NCBI GenBank assembly: GCA_043826435.1
Contig: JBDRQF010000031.1
Span: forward strand, 1 to 23,373
DNA length: 23,373 nt
Origin: Elusimicrobiota bacterium
GTDB taxonomy: Bacteria; Elusimicrobiota; Endomicrobiia; CG1-02-37-114; JAHJSO01
Direction of reading: 5' to 3'
Numbering within the stretch: position 1 is the first letter of the stretch; each line of letters starts with the position of its first letter. This document shows, piece by piece, positions 16,736-23,373 of this stretch. The notes below the pieces were generated by a model, which saw only the letters and a program-made list of their open reading frames with translations, searched no databases and was not told the DNA's origin. A program made the translations under genes and the position numbers.

Positions 16736-18013
16736 ATGCAAGATAGTTTTTACGGGCTCGGCATAGCGCCGGGTTTTCTTGAAGTGCTTGGCAAAATGAA
16801 GTTTAGCGTGCCGACTCCCATACAGTACAAGGCCATACCGGTTGCCATAGAAGGCAAGGACATTATCGGAGTCGCCCAGACGGGGACCGGTAAAACCCTT
16901 GCTTTCGGTATCCCGATGATTCAGCAGCTTGCCCAGAAAAAAGGCAGGGGGCTGGTGATTGTTCCTACCCGTGAACTTGCCCTGCAGGTGAACGAAACGC
17001 TTGTTATCTTCGCACAGAAATTCAACATGAGAACCAGCGTACTCATAGGCGGAGATTCCATGTACAACCAGAGTATGTCTCTGAGAAACAACCCGAGGAT
17101 TATAATAGCGACGCCGGGCAGGCTGATTGACCACGTAGGCCAACACCATATTCGTCTGGACGACATAGTTATTTTCGTCCTGGATGAAGCCGACCGGATG
17201 CTTGACATGGGTTTTACCCCGCAGGTAAATCAGATTATAAAACTAATTCCAAAGAACCGCCAGACGATGCTTTTTTCGGCGACAATCCCGTCCACTATAG
17301 TGAAGATTGCATCCGCTCACATGCACATGCCCGTCCATATGGAGATAGCCCCTACAGGGACCGCGGCTGAAAAGGTCGTCCAGGAAATGTTTATCGTAAG
17401 CAAAGATAAGAAAGGGAAACTCCTTCTTGAACTGCTTAAACAGTGGACCGGGTCGGTGCTTTTGTTCATGCGGACGAAGAGGGCGGCAAGAAAAATAACG
17501 CAATTGTTAAAGGGAAAGTGGCACAACGCCGCTGAGATTCATTCTGACCGCAGTTTGGTCCAGAGGAGGGAAGCACTGGACGGGTTTAAGTCCGGCAAGT
17601 ATCGTATCCTTGTTGCGACGGACATCGCTGCGCGCGGCATTGACGTAATCGGGATAGAGGTCGTCATAAATTACGATTTGCCCGACGATCCGGAAAATTA
17701 TGTCCACAGGATAGGGCGGACGGGAAGAGCGGGCAGCGTGGGGCACGCCATAACCTTTGCGACCCCGGACCAGAAGAGGGACGTGCAGAGCATAGAAAAA
17801 ATCATAAGGACGTCAATCCCGCTTTCCAAACATTCCATTATCCCGGTGGAGCAGTTTTCGTCCGTGGGTTCTGCGGGTGGTTTTGCGCGTCCTGGTGGTT
17901 TTGCGCGTCCTGGTGGTTTTGCGCGCTCTGGTGGTTTTGCGCGTCATGGTAATTCAGCGCGTCGTCCCTACCGAGGCAAAGACAGCAGGTTTGAACACCG
18001 CCGGAATAAATGA
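16736..18013 (+). CDS. DEAD-box ATP-dependent RNA helicase (RhlE-like)
   Basis: Q motif (PTPIQ), AQTGTGKT, PTRELA, TPGR, DEAD, FSAT, ARGID, HRIGRTGRAG. ATG 16736 follows an RBS; the ORF-track extension to 16514 crosses the promoters and is not credible. Confidence 0.95.
   Translation: MQDSFYGLGIAPGFLEVLGKMKFSVPTPIQYKAIPVAIEGKDIIGVAQTGTGKTLAFGIPMIQQLAQKKGRGLVIVPTRELALQVNETLVIFAQKFNMRTSVLIGGDSMYNQSMSLRNNPRIIIATPGRLIDHVGQHHIRLDDIVIFVLDEADRMLDMGFTPQVNQIIKLIPKNRQTMLFSATIPSTIVKIASAHMHMPVHMEIAPTGTAAEKVVQEMFIVSKDKKGKLLLELLKQWTGSVLLFMRTKRAARKITQLLKGKWHNAAEIHSDRSLVQRREALDGFKSGKYRILVATDIAARGIDVIGIEVVINYDLPDDPENYVHRIGRTGRAGSVGHAITFATPDQKRDVQSIEKIIRTSIPLSKHSIIPVEQFSSVGSAGGFARPGGFARPGGFARSGGFARHGNSARRPYRGKDSRFEHRRNK
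17876..17965 (+). repeat. 18-bp in-frame tandem repeat (GGTGGTTTTGCGCGTCCT; 4 copies plus 1 degenerate) encoding GGFAR[P/S/H]
   Basis: Units at 17876, 17894, 17912 and 17930; degenerate unit at 17948. Confidence 0.92.
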
Positions 18014-18092
18014 CGAATCATCTTTTTTATATAAATTGAATAAGTGTCAGATATGTAGCGGCCATTGGACACAGACATATACACAGACATAA

Positions 18093-18121
18093 TTGACTTT
18101 TGCATATTGTTTTTATATAAT
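18093..18121 (+). promoter_or_regulatory. Sigma70 promoter for the small CxxC protein
   Basis: TTGACT-17-TATAAT; RBS AGGAGG at 18172-18177. Confidence 0.75.
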
Positions 18122-18185
18122 CTGGACGGCTCGTCGCACGGAAGCAATGAAACAAATAGCGCAAAATTAAAAGGAGGACGTACCA

Positions 18186-18335
18186 ATGGCTGAAGGCAGA
18201 TGCATGAAATGCAAGAAACAGGTTGAGATTAAGGACGCGAAAGAGATTGAGATGAAAGGCGGACGGAGAGCCCTTCAGGGGGTTTGCCCTGAGTGCAGTA
18301 CAAAAGTATTTAGAATCCTCGGTAAAAAGCAATAA
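18186..18335 (+). CDS. 49-aa basic zinc-binding protein, DUF5679-like (absent from the ORF track)
   Basis: MAEGRCMKCKKQVEIKDAKEIEMKGGRRALQGVCPECSTKVFRILGKKQ*; two CxxC pairs, strong RBS, its own promoter. Confidence 0.85.
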   Translation: MAEGRCMKCKKQVEIKDAKEIEMKGGRRALQGVCPECSTKVFRILGKKQ

Positions 18336-18435
18336 CTGACAAATCGCAGAAAATGCGGTAACTGCTGATACGGGACGCTGCGTTCGGAAAACAGCAATAA
18401 AACGCGGCGCATAAATCCGGGAGGTGAGTGTCCGG

Positions 18436-20118
18436 GTGGAACAGAACGTCCACATAATCCTGGTGGCTGTCGGCTGGTGTATGTTGATACTGATTTATTT
18501 TATGGCGTTCGGCCGGCGCCGGAAGAACAGAATTGTTTCCCCTACCGGAGAAACCCCTACCGGAAACAAACTGCTCCCCATTCTTAAATCGCTTGATGAA
18601 AAAACCTCATCGGTCGTTACCGGTCTTGAAGAAAACACGCTTAAACTCCTCAATGAAAAATCCAACCTTGAATCGGAACTGAATAGGAAAAGGCAGGCCG
18701 GCAAAGAAATAATCACGGGAAAAACAAGGGAATTTGAAGGACTTAAACGGGGACTATCAGGCATCCTTGAAGAGTGCAGCAAGCATGACGTGCCGTCACT
18801 TCGGCAAGAGATATATTCTCTGAAGGCGGAATATGAGAATATAACCCGCGAGGCAGGGCATAAACACCAGGAGCGCTCCCCCGGGACTGAACAGCCGGGT
18901 ATTGAGCAGGCCAGGGCTGAAAACGTCCGCACGGACGGGCAAATCAGGGAGAAGCTGCGGCAGTTGGATTCTATCAAACAGAAGAACAAACTCATCCAGG
19001 ATGAGATAGAGAACCTGAAAAAGGCGATGGAAGACGTTTCAATTTCCGGAGAGAAAACAAACAGGAATGCGTCGCAGGAGGCATTAAAACTTAAAGAGCA
19101 GATACAGGTAGCGGGACTTGAGATTGAAAAATTCAACAATTTCGTTAAAGAAAAAGATGGATTACAGAAACAGATAGCAGGATTGACCGCAGGGATGAGA
19201 TCGCAGAAAGAAAAATTCCTTCGGGAGAAAGAGGCGAAGGAAGAGGGGTTTAAAAAACTTTCTGTTGAACTGCAGCAGAAGCAAAAGTTATTGCAGGAGA
19301 CATACCGTGAACAGGAACGGGAGTTAATTTCTGCGAGGGAAGAACTTAATGAGGAGATTAAAAGGCTGCAGGAACAACTTGATAAGAAGAGGCAAGCGGC
19401 AAAAGAGTCGCGGGTTCAGACACAGGGTGAAATAAGAGTTCTGCAGGGTGAACTGGGAAAACTTGAAATGCAACTAAAAGAAGTGAGGCAGAAAAGAACA
19501 GAGACGGAGGAAACGGTAAAATCAAAACTCAGGGGACAGATTGAGCAACTCCAGAAAAGATTTGCGGAAGCATCGCAAAAAATCAAACTGGAGATGAAAT
19601 CCATGGACGAGACGGTCAACCGGCTCATGATACGTTTCAGTGTCAGGGAGGACAAACTTATGTCCGACATGCAGAAGAGGGAACGTTTGCAGAAGGACCT
19701 CCTGTCGGAACTGCAGGCGGCGTCCGGCAGGTTAAGGGAGAAACTAAAAAGCGAATCTTCCGGCATTGAAGCACAACTCAAGCCGATTATCGGGCGCATT
19801 GACGACATCAAAGGAAGTATTTCCTCACTGAATGATTATGTCTCACAGGAAAATAAACTGTCGGAAAAATTAAAATTAGAGAGGGAAAAGATAGAGAATG
19901 AAATTTCAGTTCTGGAGGGGCGTTTCAACAGGGAATTATCCATGATACAGAACGTTATCCACCTGAAAAACAAACAGGTCAGTTTACTTTCTGAAGAGAT
20001 AATTGAAAAAGAGCGGTTGTTTAAGGTTGAGCGGACAGCGAAAGAGGAAATACTTCAGAAAAATTTTCAAAAAGGGCTTGACAAAGACATTATTAAATTG
20101 GTAAAATTGGACCGATGA
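18436..20118 (+). CDS. Membrane-anchored long coiled-coil protein, function unknown
   Basis: N-terminal TM helix followed by RRRK, then about 500 aa of E/K/Q/L-rich heptad-like sequence; no ATPase motif seen. GGAGGTG at 18420-18426 favours GTG 18436 over 18424. Confidence 0.75.
   Translation: MEQNVHIILVAVGWCMLILIYFMAFGRRRKNRIVSPTGETPTGNKLLPILKSLDEKTSSVVTGLEENTLKLLNEKSNLESELNRKRQAGKEIITGKTREFEGLKRGLSGILEECSKHDVPSLRQEIYSLKAEYENITREAGHKHQERSPGTEQPGIEQARAENVRTDGQIREKLRQLDSIKQKNKLIQDEIENLKKAMEDVSISGEKTNRNASQEALKLKEQIQVAGLEIEKFNNFVKEKDGLQKQIAGLTAGMRSQKEKFLREKEAKEEGFKKLSVELQQKQKLLQETYREQERELISAREELNEEIKRLQEQLDKKRQAAKESRVQTQGEIRVLQGELGKLEMQLKEVRQKRTETEETVKSKLRGQIEQLQKRFAEASQKIKLEMKSMDETVNRLMIRFSVREDKLMSDMQKRERLQKDLLSELQAASGRLREKLKSESSGIEAQLKPIIGRIDDIKGSISSLNDYVSQENKLSEKLKLEREKIENEISVLEGRFNRELSMIQNVIHLKNKQVSLLSEEIIEKERLFKVERTAKEEILQKNFQKGLDKDIIKLVKLDR
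20078..20107 (+). promoter_or_regulatory. Probable nrdR promoter inside the upstream CDS
   Basis: TTGACA (20078-20083)-18-TAAAAT (20102-20107) with extended -10 TGn. Confidence 0.55.
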
Positions 20119-20603
20119 ATTGTCCATACTGCGGCAGCGATGAAACGAAGGTAATTGAGTGCAAGACAGTAAGGAACGCTTCCCTTGTGCGGCGTAGGAG
20201 GGAGTGCATCCAGTGCGGCAGGAAGTTCACGACCCAGGAAAGGGTTGAGGAGATGCCCCTGATAGTAATAAAGAACACCGATATAAGCGAACCGTTCAAC
20301 AGAAACAAACTGCGGGAGAGCATCGTCCGCGCGTGCATAAAAAGGTCGGTGCAACCCGAGACGATTGAACGGGTCGTTTCAGAGATAGAGAATGAATTGC
20401 AGGAATACATAATGGAAGTGCCGACGAGGACAATAGTATCCAAGATGCTTCAGAAACTTCTTTCCATTGACGCTGTGGCATACATAAGATACGCCTCTGT
20501 CTATTACCAGTATCAGGACATAGAGACCTTCCTGAATGAGTTAAAAGAAATTAAGGAAAAAACCGCCGCTGAAACCCTTCAACTACAGCACACAAAATCA
20601 TAA
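20115..20603 (+). CDS. nrdR: Transcriptional repressor NrdR
   Basis: MNCPYCG...RRRRECIQCGRKFTTQERVE zinc ribbon, ATP-cone, VAYIRYASVY motif. Confidence 0.95.
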   Translation: MNCPYCGSDETKVIECKTVRNASLVRRRRECIQCGRKFTTQERVEEMPLIVIKNTDISEPFNRNKLRESIVRACIKRSVQPETIERVVSEIENELQEYIMEVPTRTIVSKMLQKLLSIDAVAYIRYASVYYQYQDIETFLNELKEIKEKTAAETLQLQHTKS

Positions 20604-20667
20604 AAAACAACGCGCACAATGTACGGCAGCGATGATGGAAAAAATAGACAGTAAGGGAGTGGTGTAA

Positions 20668-21780
20668 ATGGAGAAGGTAGAGAATAAAACAATAGAGGAA
20701 CTGGAAGCCGAGGGCTACCGCATAATAGACGTAATCGCAGGAGATACGCCGTTAACCACGGAATTGAAGTACATTATAGATAAGATCGTCCAGGAAAAGA
20801 GAGGGACTTTCTACAGCGATATATTATGCACCCTTGCTTCAGAGAGATTCTCCGAGCAGGAAGCGAAGTCGCTCTGGGAAGGAATACTGCAGCATAAATA
20901 CATTGTGAGCGAGAAACTGCGTCGGAATGTAGGGATAAGAGTGGCGGCTCTTGATTACCTTGAAAATATAAAAAAGATAATAACGATGCCCAAAATTATA
21001 GACGAGGGTGAATTCAGGGAGACACTAAAGTTTGCAGAGAGGGACGCATTGACGGACGTGTTTAACAGGAGGGCGGTGTTGAGGGAACTTGTGGATGAAA
21101 TTGAATATAGCGGAAAGAATAAAGAAGTATTCTCATTGATTATGCTTGATCTGGACGGGTATAAGAACTTTAACGACACCCATGGACACCAGGCGGGAGA
21201 TATTGTCCTTCAGGAGTTTGCCGGGTTACTTAAAACGATATCAAGAAAAGAGGACGTTATTGGCAGATACGGAGGGGATGAGTTTGTTATTGTGCTTTCC
21301 GACGTCAATAAAATTTCGGCAAGGGTGATTGCAGAAAAGATAAGGGCTACCGTAGAGAGAGAATTCAAGGCGTCAATAGGCATTACGGTAAGTTTGGGCA
21401 TAGCGGAATACCCGTCGGACGGAAAAACGCAGGACGACCTTATCTCCCAGTCGGACGAGGCGATGTACAGGGCGAAGGAATTCGGCGGCAACAAGGTGAT
21501 TTATTTCAAGCCGGTGGAGATTGTATATGCGCCGCATGACAAAACGGTGAAAAAGGTGAGTTGTGCCGGCGATTTCAACAGGTGGAATAAAAATTTAGGC
21601 ATTATGAAATACGTGGAAGACAGACAGGAGTGGCGGCTTACCCTTAATCTGAAACCGGGTGTGTACAAATACAAATTTATCGTGGACGGCACGAAATGGA
21701 TAGCCGACCCCGCCCAGGTTAACTGCTCTGACGACGGTTTCGGCGGAAGGTGTTCAATATTGTCTGTAGGGATTGATTAA
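20668..21780 (+). CDS. Diguanylate cyclase (GGDEF) with C-terminal glycogen-binding (CBM48/AMPK-beta-like) domain
   Basis: DALTDVFNRR, DLDGYKNFNDTHGHQAGD, RKED I-site, RYGGDEF, ITVSLGIA; C-terminal VSCAGDFNRW...W...L.LKPGVYKYKFIVDG.KW..DP. Confidence 0.88.
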   Translation: MEKVENKTIEELEAEGYRIIDVIAGDTPLTTELKYIIDKIVQEKRGTFYSDILCTLASERFSEQEAKSLWEGILQHKYIVSEKLRRNVGIRVAALDYLENIKKIITMPKIIDEGEFRETLKFAERDALTDVFNRRAVLRELVDEIEYSGKNKEVFSLIMLDLDGYKNFNDTHGHQAGDIVLQEFAGLLKTISRKEDVIGRYGGDEFVIVLSDVNKISARVIAEKIRATVEREFKASIGITVSLGIAEYPSDGKTQDDLISQSDEAMYRAKEFGGNKVIYFKPVEIVYAPHDKTVKKVSCAGDFNRWNKNLGIMKYVEDRQEWRLTLNLKPGVYKYKFIVDGTKWIADPAQVNCSDDGFGGRCSILSVGID

Positions 21781-21890
21781 GCAGCCGGAGGGGACATGGG
21801 CAAAAGACCGAAACTCCTAATGAGTGTTTTATCAATTGTTATGGCTAACTTAAAATAAGGTTGTGAACACGACAGGAGGTTGACATACGC

Positions 21891-22403
21891 ATGGGTGTTT
21901 TAACCAGAGACGAAATCTTGAAGGAAATTAAAAAAGGCAACATTGAGATTGAGCCGCTGTCGGAGAAACAGATTGGGCCCGCGTCAATTGATTTGTATTT
22001 GGGCGACGAAATAAGGGTGTTTAAAAAATTTCGCGGGATTTATCATGTTAATGAAGAAAGCGATTATGAAAAAATCACGAAACTTGTCAGGGTAAAAAAT
22101 TATTTTGTTATTAGAGCGGGAGACGTTGTTCACGGGATTACAAGGGAGAGGATAAGATTGGGCGAAAACCTGTGCGCATGGCTTGAGGGCCGTTCCCGTT
22201 ATGCACGGCTGGGCCTTATGGTGCACGTTACGGCGGGGCTGATTCAGCCGGGGATTAACAACAAGCAGGTGCTTGAAATTACGAATATGGGGCCTATTCC
22301 GCTGGCAGTTTATCCGGGGACAAAAATATGCCAGCTGGTAATTCAGGAAACAACTGGCAGGGCAAAGTACCGCGGCAGGTTCAAAAATCAGGCCCATCCG
22401 TAG
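21891..22403 (+). CDS. dcd: dCTP deaminase
   Basis: QIGPASIDLYLG, LEGRSRYARLGLMVHVTAGLIQPG, LEITN, KICQL, terminal Y.GRF..Q; RBS AGGAGG. Confidence 0.9.
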   Translation: MGVLTRDEILKEIKKGNIEIEPLSEKQIGPASIDLYLGDEIRVFKKFRGIYHVNEESDYEKITKLVRVKNYFVIRAGDVVHGITRERIRLGENLCAWLEGRSRYARLGLMVHVTAGLIQPGINNKQVLEITNMGPIPLAVYPGTKICQLVIQETTGRAKYRGRFKNQAHP

Positions 22404-22521
22404 GAAATGGTTGATGCGGGAGCGGGGGGATTGGCGCGGGTGTTTGCCGGGTTGAGGTCGGGATGGTTGCCCGGGTTGGGTGCTGAGTTTGGCTCCTGGT
22501 TGGCGCCCGGGTTGGGCGTGT

Positions 22522-22550
22522 TTGACATATTCGGAAAAGTTTTGTAATAT
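22522..22550 (+). promoter_or_regulatory. Probable sigma70 promoter for tRNA-Val (possibly the Val-PilZ-Asp unit)
   Basis: TTGACA-17-TAATAT. Confidence 0.65.
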
Positions 22551-22633
22551 ATAGGCGTGACTTTGGGTGTTTGAACGGGGCGGTTGTGGATGGGCGTAGC
22601 GCCCGAATGGGTTTCTTGTATGTCCGGTGTTTG

Positions 22634-22706
22634 GGGCGGTTGGCGCAGCGGATAGCGCGTTGCCCTTACAAGGCAAAGGTCGCTGGTTCAAACCCAGCAC
22701 CGCCCA
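22634..22706 (+). tRNA. tRNA-Val (anticodon TAC), CCA not encoded
   Basis: GGGCGGT TG GCGC AGCGGATA GCGC G TTGCC CT TAC AA GGCAA AGGTC GCTGG TTCAAAC CCAGC ACCGCCC A cloverleaf. Confidence 0.95.
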
Positions 22707-22778
22707 TATAACGGCGGCTGTAATAAGGATGCGACAGGGGCAATGTTATCCTGGTATCGTCCACAGGGGGGTGACAAA

Positions 22779-23234
22779 ATGTCATCAATGGAAAAAGAAC
22801 GAAGAAAATTCCCACGGCTTGATTTAAACGTAAGCGTAAAATATAAAATTTTAAGCGACATAGAAAAACATGTATTCCAGGACTTCGGCAGTTTTGTCAA
22901 GGACGCCACTTCAAGGGACATTTCAGTTGAAGGTATCTGTATAAAAACCGGGGTGCAACTTGACCTGAATACCGTGGTTGCCCTTGACATATATTTCCCT
23001 GAAATATCGGAACCCATCAGGGCGCTCGGCAGGGTTATGTGGTCAAAGGACATGGAGGGAGCCGGTGAGTTTTCCTGTGGGGTTGAATTTGTGGCGATTA
23101 AAGACAAGTATTTTGACCAGATGACTCAACTGATAGCGGAATATTACGTCAAAAAATATAGCATATCAACCGAAACGGACAAAGAAGGCATAAAGGACAT
23201 ATTTCTACAATTATTCCGCAGTAGTAAAAAATAG
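22779..23234 (+). CDS. PilZ-domain c-di-GMP-binding protein
   Basis: RRKFPR (RxxxR) and DISVEG (D/NxSxxG) motifs, GRVMW...GVEF; RBS-like GGGGGGTG at 22766-22773 favours ATG 22779. Confidence 0.88.
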   Translation: MSSMEKERRKFPRLDLNVSVKYKILSDIEKHVFQDFGSFVKDATSRDISVEGICIKTGVQLDLNTVVALDIYFPEISEPIRALGRVMWSKDMEGAGEFSCGVEFVAIKDKYFDQMTQLIAEYYVKKYSISTETDKEGIKDIFLQLFRSSKK

Positions 23235-23297
23235 GCAGGCAGCAACATAATTACGGCAGGACTGCCGAATCTTTGAACGACATACCTGACAAATAGA

Positions 23298-23373
23298 GGG
23301 GACGTGGTGTAGCCTGGTTTAACACGCCGGCCTGTCAAGCCGGAGATCGCGAGTTCAAATCTCGTCGTCCCCG
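23298..23373 (+). tRNA. tRNA-Asp (anticodon GTC); the window ends at the discriminator base
   Basis: GGGGACG TG GTGT AGCCTGGTTTA ACAC G CCGGC CT GTC AA GCCGG AGATC GCGAG TTCAAAT CTCGT CGTCCCC G. Confidence 0.95.

Noticed and set aside
18365..18396. Hammerhead ribozyme suggested by CTGAT...hairpin...GAAA
   Set aside because: The core reads CTGATAC rather than CTGANGA, and stems I and III cannot be built.
21798..21850. c-di-GMP-I riboswitch suggested by GGGCAAA...CGAAA after the cyclase gene
   Set aside because: The bases flanking GAAA do not pair, and the GCAAA/P3 elements are missing.
21840..21870. NrdR box upstream of dcd
   Set aside because: Only a poor match to the acaCwAtATaTwGtgt palindrome, and no tandem second box.
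23254..23274. Intrinsic terminator after the PilZ gene (CGGCA-GGAC-TGCCG)
   Set aside because: Short stem with no proper U-tract; too weak to call.

Overview
A 23.4 kb bacterial window, almost all on the + strand, probably from a diderm (the FN3-rich surface protein style suggests Elusimicrobiota; this is inference). Left part (1-16335): a 5'-truncated giant surface protein (many FN3 modules, a six-repeat beta-propeller with hypervariable loop codons, and a C-terminal T9SS-CTD/FlgD-Ig-like domain). It is tightly linked to a secreted Ig/CARDB protein, a FecR-domain protein and an Ig + outer-membrane beta-barrel protein. After a REP/RPE-like palindrome, a consensus promoter drives a cNMP-binding protein, a CHASE2-TM-TPR-Ser/Thr kinase and a PP2C phosphatase, followed by a double-FHA protein. 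Together these look like a trans-envelope signalling system with Ser/Thr phosphorylation output. Right part: tRNA-Arg(UCG, - strand), a DEAD-box helicase, a 49-aa CxxC/CxxC DUF5679-like protein missed by the ORF track, a membrane-anchored coiled-coil protein, nrdR, an unusual GGDEF + glycogen-binding (CBM48/AMPK-type) fusion, dcd, and a PilZ gene between tRNA-Val(UAC) and tRNA-Asp(GUC). No reverse transcriptase, integrase, transposase or CRISPR array was seen. All domain calls come from motif recognition by eye, not database searches.
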